Shown: in pieces, positions 30,004 through 41,507 of the stretch
Position numbering within the stretch: position 1 is the stretch's first letter
Layout of the letters: each line of letters starts with the position of its first letter
Assembly (NCBI GenBank): GCA_963825135.1
Contig: CAWGRW010000009.1
Location: 800,001-864,000, forward strand
From: an uncultured bacterium
GTDB taxonomy: Bacteria; Desulfobacterota_D; UBA1144; Nemesobacterales; UBA2774
DNA length: 64,000 nucleotides
Direction of reading: 5' to 3'
Notes under the pieces: model-generated
The model's database searches: none
Seen by the model: only the letters and a program-made list of their open reading frames with translations
What the model was told of the DNA's origin: nothing
Position numbers and translations under genes: made by a program

Positions 30004-30558
30004 CTATTTCCACTTGATATTACATCCGATGCTCGGGACCTGGTCCTCGCCTACGGGCTCACCCTTTAAAATCCTGTCGAGCGCTTCCCTTATATTCTTG
30101 CCCGTTACGGGCTTCCCGCTCCCCGGCCTCGAATCGTCCATCTGCCCCCTGTACGCCAGTTTCAGACCCGCATCGAACACGTAAAAGTCAGGCGTGCATG
30201 CGGCATCGTACGCCCTCGCCACTTCCTGAGTATCGTCGAAGAGGTAGGGGAAAGCATAGCCGAGGCTGAGAGCGACACGCTTCATGTTGGCGGGCGAATC
30301 CTCGGGATACTTCTCAACGTCGTTCGAGTTTACGGCGATGAATGATACGCCTTTCGATATGTAGTCGTTCGCGAGCTCGACGAGTCCCTTCTGTACATGC
30401 TTTACATAGGGACAGTGGTTACATATGAACATCACGACTGTGGCCTTGTCCGACTTTAGCTCGTCGAGACTGTATTCTTTTTCGTTAACCGCGCACCAGA
30501 GCCTGAAATGCGGGGCTTTCGTGCCCAGTGGCAGCATGTTTGAAGGCGTAAGAGCCAA
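30004..30558 (-). CDS. Thioredoxin-fold (AhpC/TSA-like) protein
   Basis: FICNHCPYV, AACTPDF, SIGCNIKWK. Confidence 0.92.
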   Translation of the reverse strand: MALTPSNMLPLGTKAPHFRLWCAVNEKEYSLDELKSDKATVVMFICNHCPYVKHVQKGLVELANDYISKGVSFIAVNSNDVEKYPEDSPANMKRVALSLGYAFPYLFDDTQEVARAYDAACTPDFYVFDAGLKLAYRGQMDDSRPGSGKPVTGKNIREALDRILKGEPVGEDQVPSIGCNIKWK

Positions 30559-30577
30559 GTCTTATACTCCTTTGAAT

Positions 30578-30994
30578 TCAGTTCTTTTCGTCATTAAAAC
30601 TTATAGCCTTGTGCGAGCGATCACAGAAGGGCTTGTTGCCGGACGCACCGCACCTGCAAAGATAATATGGCTCGTCGAGAGACAGGTTCATCGGGTCAGC
30701 GACGTCCAATAAACACCCGCGTACTTCGTACGGACCGTTTCTCGATGCCTTTATTTCCTTCGTGCGCTCGGGGCCGGATGGTGCTGCCGGAGCGCCTCCG
30801 TCGACCCTGCTTGAGAAGCCGATCTTTTTATGCGAGCCGTCGCAATAAGGTTTATTCTCCGAAGCCCCGCACCTGCAGAGCGCCAGCTTTTTTCTGACTT
30901 CGAGCTCGTCACCCCTTGAGTTGTCCAGCTTATCGAGCCCTTCAGCCATTAGCGGGCCGTCGTCACGGACATAGATGCGGCAGACCTCACTCAT
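30578..30994 (-). CDS. Tandem CDGSH iron-sulfur protein
   Basis: CRCGASENKPYCDGSH and CRCGASGNKPFCDRSH. Confidence 0.92.
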   Translation of the reverse strand: MSEVCRIYVRDDGPLMAEGLDKLDNSRGDELEVRKKLALCRCGASENKPYCDGSHKKIGFSSRVDGGAPAAPSGPERTKEIKASRNGPYEVRGCLLDVADPMNLSLDEPYYLCRCGASGNKPFCDRSHKAISFNDEKN

Positions 30995-31559
30995 AGCGCC
31001 CTCCTGAAAGTCTATAATTAATAACTGCGAGTAGTAATATTCCCTCAATTGTCACGTGTCTCTATTCTACATAGAACGCTCGCATAATCCTAACGGACGC
31101 CTCGTTTCGCAGTGCCCGAACTATAATTATTATTCTTGTTTTCAGACAAAACTATCGGCCCGATCCGAATCCGGACGAACTCAGGGCCGTGTGGAAACGT
31201 TATGATCAGGAGCTGATCGATTTTCCATAAGCCCCGTTCATTGCGTGCGGGATGATTATGCCCGCCTCCAGCCTATTTTCTCGCTTACCGCCCGGCTCGA
31301 CTCATCATTTGCGACGTAGTTCCGAATGAGAATTCAGAGTATCGCTCGACAGGCCGGCCTGTCCGGTATGGCATATCAATGTATAAGAAGTTGTGTCCAT
31401 ACACAGCCTGGTCCTGGATGGATCCATGACAGACTGGTAAAATTACAATAATATCTCGCCATCGGGGCACACTGTCGAGACTATAGAGAAACTCTTACAA
31501 TAATAATTTTGAGGGAAGAAAAAGAGACTAGTCCGTCTGAATAAAACCTTTAAGGAGGA

Positions 31560-32648
31560 ATGTTAACAATGTGCGGCACATGCAACACTAATATCGACCA
31601 GGCAAAATCGGATCAGTTTGCCGAAAAAATGTTCTCCGTCCTTAATCACGGCGCACTGACCATAATGATTTCTATCGGGCACAGGACCGGCCTATTCGAC
31701 TCGATGGGCGAGCTGCCGCCTTCGACGAGCATCGAGATCGCAGGTGCGGCGGGACTTAACGAGCGTTATGTGCGCGAATGGCTGGGGGCAATGGTAACGG
31801 GCGGCATCGTCGAGTACGATCCGCAAAACGGGACCTACCGCCTGCCCGCCGAGCACGCGACCTGGCTCACCAGAAAGGCGACGCCCAACAATTTCGCGGT
31901 ATCGACCCAGTGGTTCTCCATAGCGGGGTCGGTCGAAGACAAGATCGTCGAGTGCTTCAGAAATGGGGGAGGAGTCCCTTATGAGGAATTCAGACGTTTC
32001 AACGAAGTGATGTCCGAAGAAAGCAACCAGACAGTGGTTGTCCCGCTGCTCGATCATCTTCTCCCGCTAGTCCCCGGCATCATGGACAGGCTCGGCTCCG
32101 GCATCGAGGTGCTCGACGTCGGATGCGGAAGCGGCTTCGCGCTCATCGAAATGGCGAGGACTTACCCCAACAGCAGATTCACGGGCTACGACCTGCTCCC
32201 GGAAGCGACGGAGCGGGGAAGAGCACGCGCAAAGGAATACGGCTTAACGAATATCACATTCGAGACACGAGACGTTTCCAATTTCCGGGACGAAGAGAGA
32301 TTCGGCCTGATCACGACCTTCGACGCCGTGCACGATCAGGCGGACCCAGGCCGCGTGTTGTCCAATATACACAGGGCATTAAAAGACGACGGCTTTTATT
32401 TTATGCAGGATATCAAGGGCTCTAGCCACGTCGAGAAGAATATGGACAATCCGCTCGCCCCTTTTCTTTACACCGTATCGTGCACGCATTGCATGACAGT
32501 ATCGCTCGCGCAGGGCGGAAAAGGGCTTGGCGCTATGTGGGGCAGGGAACTCGCATGCGAGATGCTCAGGGAAGCGGGGTTCAAGGAAATCGACGTCAAG
32601 GAACTACCCCACGACCCGATCAATTACTACTATATCATCAGGAAGTGA
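31560..32648 (+). CDS. Class I SAM methyltransferase with N-terminal winged helix (Rv2258c-like)
   Basis: ERYVREWL, LDVGCGSG, FDAVHD, HCMTVSLA..G.GLGAMWG. Confidence 0.9.
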   Translation: MLTMCGTCNTNIDQAKSDQFAEKMFSVLNHGALTIMISIGHRTGLFDSMGELPPSTSIEIAGAAGLNERYVREWLGAMVTGGIVEYDPQNGTYRLPAEHATWLTRKATPNNFAVSTQWFSIAGSVEDKIVECFRNGGGVPYEEFRRFNEVMSEESNQTVVVPLLDHLLPLVPGIMDRLGSGIEVLDVGCGSGFALIEMARTYPNSRFTGYDLLPEATERGRARAKEYGLTNITFETRDVSNFRDEERFGLITTFDAVHDQADPGRVLSNIHRALKDDGFYFMQDIKGSSHVEKNMDNPLAPFLYTVSCTHCMTVSLAQGGKGLGAMWGRELACEMLREAGFKEIDVKELPHDPINYYYIIRK

Positions 32649-32720
32649 GCTAACGAGAGTCAGGAAGAGGCATAAGATTAAGCCCGCGGGATATGTCGGT
32701 TCTCTCCATCCTCACGGGTG

Positions 32721-32987
32721 CTACCTCACTTTCGAGCGCTGATCATCACCGGGGGCCAGGAATGGACCCTCGTCGGGACCGTCAGCCTTGTCCGCGTCCT
32801 CCGTGGTCGGCGGCTGATCGTCCGTCTGGTAGGCATCGTCCGGCTTGTACCAATCATCGAAATCGGAAGGCTCTTCCTTTTGAGCCGGGGGGCTTTCCGA
32901 TGAACCGTTGTTATCCGCGGCGAAGACGGGGTAAACGAACGTGGTAAAAAACATAACGGCAATCAGCAATAGTATTCTGTTCGACAT
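32721..32987 (-). CDS. Small secreted acidic low-complexity protein at end of pilin operon
   Basis: Signal peptide ending VFA, Asp/Pro-rich tail; AGGAG RBS. Confidence 0.6.
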   Translation of the reverse strand: MSNRILLLIAVMFFTTFVYPVFAADNNGSSESPPAQKEEPSDFDDWYKPDDAYQTDDQPPTTEDADKADGPDEGPFLAPGDDQRSKVR

Positions 32988-33010
32988 ATTATCTCCTGGT
33001 AGACATATTA

Positions 33011-33679
33011 CTACGAAGACGGGCTCGGAGCTGGTGTAGCGCCCGCATCCATAATCGGGGCGCATTGGGAGCCATGCCACCTGCCTTCGATTGCGGATAT
33101 CGCCCCCATCGGAGATACCTGTATCAGCCCGCAATTCTCAACCTTTGAGCCGCTCGCCGGCTCAATAGTCAACGTTTCGTTATTTAGATCGGACGCAAAA
33201 TCCTTCCTGAACCCGTTGGGGGCGAACGTGATGTTAAGAGGGTTATCGGGGTCTGAGAAATTATCGGCGACGAGATTGAGTTCGGATTCGAACTTCTTCG
33301 TATGCGCGGACTGTATGCACCATACCGTGGAATCTATGTTGCTGTCCCCCCTCTCCAGTATCAGCGATATTTCTTTATCTCCGTCTTCGTATTCATCATA
33401 ACTTGCAAGCGAGCTGCATTGGGGACAACCGGGGATCGTCTCATCTATATCATCACACTTTGCGAATACGACCCTGTACTCCACCCCGTCCCTTGCGGAT
33501 TTCAGCTTGCCCAGCTGAAGCATGGAAGAAATATTGTTAGTGACCCCATCCACGGACCGGCGTTGAGCGGATCTCCCGGTAATATACGGCGTACCGATTG
33601 CCATGACGATTACCATAATTGTGATTACCATCAGCACTTCTATAAGAGAAAACCCGCTATTATTCCGATTATGCGTCAT
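33011..33679 (-). CDS. FimT/FimU-like minor pilin
   Basis: Prepilin site G|FSLIEV. Confidence 0.85.
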   Translation of the reverse strand: MTHNRNNSGFSLIEVLMVITIMVIVMAIGTPYITGRSAQRRSVDGVTNNISSMLQLGKLKSARDGVEYRVVFAKCDDIDETIPGCPQCSSLASYDEYEDGDKEISLILERGDSNIDSTVWCIQSAHTKKFESELNLVADNFSDPDNPLNITFAPNGFRKDFASDLNNETLTIEPASGSKVENCGLIQVSPMGAISAIEGRWHGSQCAPIMDAGATPAPSPSS

Positions 33680-33691
33680 TGGTTGTTCTCC

Positions 33692-36600
33692 CTAGAGGAG
33701 TTCCTCCCAGAAGAGCGTTTGCGTTCTTGTAGGAAGCGGCGGCAGTTCCCACACTATGAACTGTGAGCCGCCCTGAACCGGACCTCCCGTAAACGCTACG
33801 GACATCAGCACCGAGCCCCTGGCGCCGAACGTCAGCTGAGCCGGGGTCGGCATGCCCTCCGCGACGGTAGAGCCCGCCGCAACACTTTTTTGAACGGACG
33901 TGCCTTTTAATATATCGCTTTGTGTGACTCCCGGAATCCTCGACAGCGCCGACACTCCCGTAATAAAGTCGAGCGCGAATATCCGACCTAACCCGGTGCC
34001 GCTTGTGCAGGGATTACCCGCACCCACCTCAGGGGCGTATGTAGTGAATATCAGAACCCTGTTTATGACGACCGGCACGCCGAACCCCTTTTCACCGAGC
34101 TGCGGATTCCCGAGGTTGCTGGGGAACCTCACGAGAAACTCGCCCTGGGTAGAGCTGAAATTGTTACCCCTTGATGATATAAACTGCCCGCTGACACCCG
34201 ACTGCGCCTGGAGGTCTATCACCTGGTTTGCGGATATGAGAGTCGTCGCTGTTTTGATTGTCTGGCCCCCTACGGCTGTCCCGCCCGCCAGGAACGCGGG
34301 TATATAGTCGTCTATGAAATTATAAAGCTTCCCGGATTTAGTTGTGCTGCTAGGGTCCCTCCGGTCTCCCGTAACAAAAATCACGTGACGTCTCCCCAGG
34401 TCGTCGAGAACTATCGTCGGGGCAAAATAAATCGGCTCAAGGTTTGTGGTAGGGACTTTGGGTTGATTCTGCCCGTTCAAACATTCCGAACTGGTGTTCG
34501 CGCAATACGCTATCTTTCCGGTCCAGTCCTCAGCTACCATAGTCATGTTCCCGTTCGGTCCGCTCTCGGAAAGGCTGCCGTCCACTTCAACCGGCATAGA
34601 GACATCGAACCTCCACATCCTTCCGCACGAGTCCCCGAAATAGGCAAGGTCCGTATAACCGTCGGAATTTATATCCACAGCGGCCACCCTGCTCGGGACA
34701 TCACACACCATGTCGCCGACGTTCGGAAGCGCCGAGCCGCCTGACGGTATTGGACGTGTGGGATGGAACTTAAATATCTCTTTGCCGGTGCTTATGTCTA
34801 CGGCTACAAAAGAATTTCCAAAATTGACACCGTTCGTCGGATCGATATCCAGAGGGTCGAGGCCTCCTCCAACGAACATTACCCACCTGTCCGCGGTCTT
34901 AGTCTCGCCGCCCTCCGTAATGTTCAGCCTTATTCTGCCCATGGACGGAGTTGACCATGTATTTCCGAAATCCCTGTCGAATATCGTCCACATGTGCTTC
35001 GGATACTCGAGCGTATCCGAGCCGTTCTCAATATGTTCGTGTAGGGAATCGGTCGTGCCGCAATTCTCGCCGCAGGCCGGATTGGTCACGTCGAGCGCCG
35101 TATAAGCCCCTCCGCCGTTCTGAGAGCCCGCCAGAAGCACTGTATGCCACTCTCTCCCGCACAGGTCTATTTCACCGTCGGGCGTATCGATGGATTCCTC
35201 GCATGTCTCAGGCGAATCGTCGGTCAATTCGATACCGTTGGGAAAGCCGTCTATGAAGACGTCCCCGATTATGGGAGAACCGTCCGAGAAGGACCTCTGG
35301 GCGAAATTATCGAGCACGAATGTTTTAAAATCCCCTGTCCTGTAGTCGGGCGGGGTCGGCGTACCGAACACGATGTTCGCCGGAGAGTCAGCCGTATTGG
35401 ACGGCGTAGCCAGGGAGTCCGCTAAATAGGTCGGCATCGCGACCCCGAAAAGCTCGTACCCAGTGCCCTCGTCGAAGAACGGGAACAGCTCCTCTTTTAA
35501 TGTAAATGGATTGGTTTTATCGTCGGCCTGCGCCCCTTCGGCATTGGGGTCCCTGTACTCGCCCGCATGGAATGCATGCAGGAAGCCGTCGTTCGCCCCG
35601 ACATAGACTACCGCGGACCTGTCTTTAAATTGAACGGCGAACGGCTGGAATCCGGCATCGAAAAAGAGCGGTGACGGTGAGCCCACGACGACAGGGTTAG
35701 AGTGAAATATGTCTCCAAGGCGAACCGAGCACGTATCCAGGCTGCCCAAATCCCCGTCTCCATTGCTGTCTTCGAGGTCCGGGCAGTTATACCCCATGGA
35801 GGTAAATGGCACATCGCCGTCGTCCTGAGCAGGCTGGGGGTCAAAAGACGGTGATCCCATCGGGTCACCCACGGTGGCTATGCCGGTGTTGCCGATTAAA
35901 AAGTCTATAATTTTATCCCTCATACATTCTTTAACGCACGTTCTGCAGTCCGTAGTAGTCACGTCAGTGCAGTTCACTATTCCGGAGGAACCGTCGCAAT
36001 CAGTAGGATTACCTCCGTCCGGAATGCAATAATCCGGTATGGGGCTCGTCACATCGCTGTTGCTTATGCCGAACTGACCCGGATTCAGAGGCGCGTCTTC
36101 ATCGTTGAGTTTCACAAGCGGGCCGTTATATCTGATAACGTTCCCCGTTGTGACGAAATCCGACCCGCTGAACGGCGGGTCCTCTACATTGTCTCCCGCG
36201 ATCAGATCGGGGGCTTTCACGGTAAAAAGATTGCGGGCGTCGGTTTCGATATCCCTTTCGGCCAGATTCTTCCCCGCTTCCCAGAAAAACTGCTTTGCGT
36301 TGTCGTTAAGCTCGCCATTGTCGTCGAATATGGCGAGCCCTTCGACCACGTCCTTGTCGTCGAGGTCGGCGCCGGCCGGAGGCTTTCTTATTACTTCCTT
36401 ATTCCCCTGATTCTCAGGTACATCCACAAATCCATAAAGAGCGAGCCTTCCCTGCCACAGCCTATCCGATGTTATGGGTGTGAGGATCGACATGAAGATA
36501 CGGTCTCTTAAAGCGACAGCGGTCGAGGACTGGGGAGCGGTAGGAGATACGCCGGACGTGCTGAAAACCTTTATGGTGCCCGCTATGTCGTGGAGAGCCG

Positions 36601-38606
36601 CCGCCAGCTCCTCCGGGCTGTTTACAAAGAATGCGAAATCCTTTAGCTGCTTATCCGAATCGTTAAAGGGAGCGCCGGTGTTGAAAAAATTATTGTTAAA
36701 GATGTTTACGCTCTGGAACTGGCATTGCCCGTTTTCGCTTCTGTTAGCGGTAGTGTTCTTACATCCCTGGAGCTGAGCCGAAGCCGCATTCGTATCTATA
36801 TCTTTTGCTTTAGCCAGGTTTTTAAATACGTCAAAGGCTGCGTCCTGAGGGAAAATGTCAGGGTCGTCCAGATTTGCCGACCCCGGGACCTCCTCTCCGT
36901 TGGGCGCTGTGTGCCGTATGACTCCTTTCGTATGGGTTCCGCCCGCCAGAGCCATGGCGTTTAAGGTCCTTTTGGCTTCGGGGTCTGTTATCCCCAAACC
37001 GATCACGAATACGAGGACCTCCTTCTTGACTGAACCGGAAGTACTATTCTGGACGGGGTTTCTCGCATAGAAGGTCCTCAGGTTGCTCACTGCCTGTATC
37101 GAGCTCCTGCGGTTGGCGTTTGTCGTAAGGCTGCCTGAAGTCTGGCCGCTTTGACCGTTAGGGTCGCCCGAACATGTATCCTCTCCGTCCGTGATTATTA
37201 TCACGAACTCCGGTCTGCATTTGGCGGCGGGATCATCCTTGAGCCGCGGGGTGAACGCCGATATAGCGTCAGTGTCTATGACGTTACCGTTCTGTGACCG
37301 GGCATTTTTATCATCGAAGCCCAGGACCCACGCGAGGGGCGTACCGCCGTTACCCCGCTGCCTCCTGTAAAACTCCCACACTTGTCTTAGATCCGTATCG
37401 CTCGAGCTATAAAACTTGCTCCCGATTTGGAACGTACCTGTGCTTGTGCACGTATTCCAATTCCCCTGTCCCGAATACGTACATGGGGCGGATTTCAATC
37501 CCCAGCGAATCCCAGTCATCTGCCGTCAATTGGTTTTCTAACAAGGTATCGGTGGGTCCCGTAATCGGGAGCTTATCGGGAGGGATTGCATCTTCCCTAA
37601 CGAATTTCCTGACATTCCTGTAGGGCGTAAACATGAAGTTCTGGCAGGTGACCGAGTCACTCGTCCCGTCGTAGAAATGGCTGGGGTCATCGCACATCGC
37701 GGCGTCGAGAGAATCGTCCGCGTCCAGGAAGTCAAATAGAACGCCCAACAGCCCGTCGAGCCTCGTGGACCCGTACGCGGGCTTTCCCGTGCAGTAAGGC
37801 GGGTTAGCCGTCCCGCCCGTACAGTTTTCAGGCTTATTTATATCGATCGCCTGAGAATTGAGCATACAGGCCCTGTAATTTGTGTATTCGCCCGAACGGT
37901 CGCAGGCATAATCGTCTCTCGTGTACGTGCCGCCGCTGAAATCCCTGCAATTCGAAGTCGAGCATTCGGTCAGGTTAGCCCTCGCGTCCAGGGCCGCAGC
38001 GGCTCCTTCGAATTCAGCGCTCCCGTCGGGAGTGGTGCCGTCATTATTGCCGCACACGTCGGTGCCTGAATTGTATGTACCGTTATTATTGCCGCACCAT
38101 TTATCGAGAGCGGTATTGATCTGCGCCTGGGTCAGAACTCCCTGACTCTGTATGCAGGCGAGGAAATTGGTGAACTGCTCCTGCGTATCGCAGGTGCCCA
38201 ACCCGCCTGTGCAATACTTCGCCCCGCATACGGAGGAGTTGGTAATGTTCTCTGCGCAGTGGGCGGCGAGGGACCTCTCGACGAAGTCGTCGCAGCTATT
38301 CCCGCAGTGGATCTGCTCGCATATGTCTAGCGCTCCATCATCATTATTAGTCAAATCCCAGTTCCCGATCTGAGAGCCTCCGAATGCCCTGATCATCGAT
38401 CCCGACAAATCCGTGATCAAGAGCACGTCAGGCTGGCCGCCGACGATCTGGGATATTACGATGTTGAGGTCTTCGACCTCATTCTTTGTTATAGGGTCCC
38501 CCCATGCGCCTGTTACGAGGAGCAGACTAAAAATAAAGGAAAATATTGCTATCCTTTGCGGTGTAAATTCTTTCTTAACTTTCGCAATGAATCCCGACAT
38601 GTTCAA
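33692..38606 (-). pseudogene. pilY1: PilY1/PilC-like adhesin (vWA plus beta-propeller), frameshifted near 37481; real lesion or sequence error
   Basis: ORF 37407..38606 has signal peptide and MIDAS DLSGSM; ORF 33692..37519 has ITDGEDTC, VFVIGLG, LGDIFHSNP, VGANDGFLHAF, GNTWSTP. Span 4915 nt = 3n+1. Confidence 0.85.
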
Positions 38607-38640
38607 ATTTCACCCCGTATAAAAATTATATGCCGCCAAA

Positions 38641-39300
38641 TCACTGTGAATACATCTGATTAGCGTTCCCCGGAATAAAAGTTTCAAAACCTACCGCGAC
38701 TTCCGTACCCGTGTTTATTTCATTCTTCTCGTCATTAATGTCCTTGTCCCCTTCGTCCTTACCGGTTACCAGGAAAGTCACGGGGACCAGGCCCGCCCCA
38801 CCGGAGGCGCTCGTCGACATGCTGGTATTCTTGAGAGGCCTCTGTATCGTCTTTGTAATCGGGGGTATCTCGATAATATCGCCGGGGCCTTCCGTAGCGC
38901 TGTCGTGTAACCTCGGGCCCGACCTGCACCTGGCTCCGTTATAGAGTGTCTCGTCCAGAACGAGGAGGTCGTTCGCGCCTCCTTGCCCCTGGATAACGGT
39001 ATCCTTGTTCTGAAGGAGAAAATAGAGAACTTCTATACCGACGATCTCGAACTTCTTCCTCCCTTCCCGGACGCAGTCCTCGGCCGCCAGGAAAGCCTCC
39101 TGGCCCTGCTTATAATTGGACATGGAGTGAAAATCGTTATTGGAGTTGAAGGACACGGTAGTAGCCAGCACCGACATAATGAGAAGCATTATCAATGCCA
39201 GTATTATTGCGACTCCCCCTTCACCCTTATATACGTCCAGAGGAGCGTTGTTTACAGCTGCAGCCTTCATTTCTCCGGTCTTTCTTGTCAGCTCCTTCAT
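38641..39300 (-). CDS. PilX-like minor pilin
   Basis: G|VAIILALIML without Glu5; AFLAAE; position between PilW-like gene and PilY1. Confidence 0.8.
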   Translation of the reverse strand: MKELTRKTGEMKAAAVNNAPLDVYKGEGGVAIILALIMLLIMSVLATTVSFNSNNDFHSMSNYKQGQEAFLAAEDCVREGRKKFEIVGIEVLYFLLQNKDTVIQGQGGANDLLVLDETLYNGARCRSGPRLHDSATEGPGDIIEIPPITKTIQRPLKNTSMSTSASGGAGLVPVTFLVTGKDEGDKDINDEKNEINTGTEVAVGFETFIPGNANQMYSQ

Positions 39301-39304
39301 GCGA

Positions 39305-40531
39305 TTATCCGAACTCCTCTCTCGAATGATTCCTCATATAGATGGTCGTGGATAAAATGCGGTACGTATATCCTTCCTCGGGCTCGTGTGTTGTAGTCGA
39401 AGGCGCAGCGACAGTCCTCTCCAGCACATCGGCGAAGGCGGGGATCGTCTGGGTGTATTCCCCGCCCTGCATCTTCAGGGGCTTTATTTTAGATTTGACC
39501 ACTAAATAAATCTCGACCGACCTTATGTCCTGCTCCCTGCCGTTTAAGGCCGTATCGGTGAAATCGGGATACAGGCCGTTGTTTGCCGCGAGGGGGACTC
39601 CCACCTTGGTTACAGCTCCATTCGCGTCCTGGAGATTAAAGACCAGCTGGAAGTCTACGATGCCCGGTGCATTCGCCCCGCCGGCAATCGGCATGGCCTG
39701 ACCTCCGTTCTGCTGCAGAAGAAGCTCGTTATCCGCGAGATCCACCCTCAACGTCTTGGAAGTGACTATCGTCATTTCAGAAGGCAGGGAGGAAAAAGTA
39801 GGCAGGAATCCGTAATTCACACCGTTCACGGCCGTACCGTTGACGAAGTCCGAAAAGCCGCTGAACGTCGATACAGGAAGGTTGTGCGCTTTTATATCAT
39901 TGAGTGCGTCTATCGTCGCCGTCTTGGTGCTTCCGTCAACGCTCGCACGCAGAATAACCGAGCATTCCGTGCATCTTTCAGGCTCGAGGCTGCAGTTAAC
40001 AGCGCTGTCAGGGTTGCAGAGGGCTGTGCGGGACCTGAAGCCGAGAAGTATTTCCGGGTCTTCTATGGTCTCCCCTATCAACATGTGCGTATCCTCGTCG
40101 AACCATTGGGGAGGCAGTCTGAGCTCAAGGGGATTGTTCTGAACAACTTCGACCAGACCGGGTACGGACGGCAAATCGGCTCCTTCCTGGCCGCGCGATA
40201 TATCCCACGTGTATAAAGTAACGCAGTCGGGGGGCGAGTTGGCGGAGCCCGCCTTATTGGTATCCACCGTGCAGGGAGTATCCCCGTCGCTTCCGCCGTT
40301 AATAAACTCAACCGAGAACGTCTTGCCCTGTCGCGAGCCCGCGTTCCTGATCTCGGTTGCAAGATAATCGAGAGTCATTCTCGCCGTCTGGTCCACATCG
40401 ACCGTTTCCTTAGTCATCTTGAACTGCCTCTGCTGCTGCTGGAGAGCGATCGTCATTCCAGTGATAATGACTGCGAGTATGGACACCGCAATCATAAGCT
40501 CTATCATCGTAAATCCCCTGTTGTTCATCAC
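39305..40531 (-). CDS. PilW-like minor pilin
   Basis: G|FTMIELM, EIRNAG, C-terminal MRN. Confidence 0.85.
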   Translation of the reverse strand: MMNNRGFTMIELMIAVSILAVIITGMTIALQQQQRQFKMTKETVDVDQTARMTLDYLATEIRNAGSRQGKTFSVEFINGGSDGDTPCTVDTNKAGSANSPPDCVTLYTWDISRGQEGADLPSVPGLVEVVQNNPLELRLPPQWFDEDTHMLIGETIEDPEILLGFRSRTALCNPDSAVNCSLEPERCTECSVILRASVDGSTKTATIDALNDIKAHNLPVSTFSGFSDFVNGTAVNGVNYGFLPTFSSLPSEMTIVTSKTLRVDLADNELLLQQNGGQAMPIAGGANAPGIVDFQLVFNLQDANGAVTKVGVPLAANNGLYPDFTDTALNGREQDIRSVEIYLVVKSKIKPLKMQGGEYTQTIPAFADVLERTVAAPSTTTHEPEEGYTYRILSTTIYMRNHSREEFG

Positions 40532-40557
40532 TATCTCCGAACCACTGTTATCATCAT

Positions 40558-41265
40558 CTAAGGCACGTGAGGGACCATTATCTCCGTCCAGGTCGGAATG
40601 AACTGACTCCAGTCCTCCTCGTGGGCGCTGAAAACCATGTCCTGTATCGCGAGCGTATCCTTCTTGCTCAATCCTTCAAACCCGGTTTCCACAAACTGGC
40701 TCTTTGTCTTAACGCCGTAGGTTACGGTCAACGTGGTTACCGGAGGATCAGCCGAGTCATCCGTATCCGAGACGACCCGCTTCACTACGATTAGCAAATC
40801 CCCCCCTCCCCCAGTGCACCCTGCCTTCGTGCTCTTAAATGAAACTTTTTTGGGGTCGAAATCATGGGCGTCGATTACAGCGCATGTTGTCTGGAGAGCC
40901 TGACTCGGATCGGGGGTAACTTCGGCCAGAGGGTTGCAGGGGCATGTGTCGCACATCCTCTTTGAGTTGCTCGATTTACAGTATTGTAAATGGGGCTCCG
41001 AATCGCTATTGGGATCGAGCCTCCCCGCCTGCGCCTCGACGAAAGCGATCGAATTGAGCAAATGGGCCCTTTTCACCTCTTCCACGTCCCTGTCCGCTAT
41101 GAACTGGATGATATTCGTGGCGTATGTCCCCTGCTCCGCCTCCTGCTTCTGTCTTATGGAGAGAAATTGCATTTGCGCCATAGCAAGAAACCCCAAAGCC
41201 ATTATAGTCACAGCGATCATTATCTCGGTGAAGGTAAAACCATCCTCGTTCGAAAACGCAGTCAT
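40558..41265 (-). CDS. PilV-like minor pilin
   Basis: G|FTFTEIM...GFLAMAQMQ; first gene of operon; alternative GTG at 41271. Confidence 0.83.
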   Translation of the reverse strand: MTAFSNEDGFTFTEIMIAVTIMALGFLAMAQMQFLSIRQKQEAEQGTYATNIIQFIADRDVEEVKRAHLLNSIAFVEAQAGRLDPNSDSEPHLQYCKSSNSKRMCDTCPCNPLAEVTPDPSQALQTTCAVIDAHDFDPKKVSFKSTKAGCTGGGGDLLIVVKRVVSDTDDSADPPVTTLTVTYGVKTKSQFVETGFEGLSKKDTLAIQDMVFSAHEEDWSQFIPTWTEIMVPHVP

Positions 41266-41298
41266 GTTCACCCCGTATTTGGCAGACAACAGACAAAG

Positions 41299-41314
41299 TG
41301 CAAATACTATGCCA
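41299..41314 (-). promoter_or_regulatory. Sigma-54 (-24/-12) promoter
   Basis: Minus-strand TGGCATAGTATTTGCA versus consensus TGGCAC-N5-TTGCW. Confidence 0.75.
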
Positions 41315-41507
41315 GAATCGACATGCCCATAACTAGCGGAAATCAATCAATATATCGATATTCAAATAGGGGTAGGCCGGGCGTGGAAATGCAAAAATTG
41401 CCCGAATTGTGCAAAAAAATGCATATATGGGAGGAATTTGGGCTAACGCGGCTAACGAACCTCCGTGTACTCGGATTTGTAATTCGGGGAAAAGGAATGG
41501 CGGTTTA

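Noticed and set aside
33692..37519. Treating the 1275-aa ORF as an independent gene
   Set aside because: No signal peptide, starts mid-vWA domain, and is better explained by a frameshift
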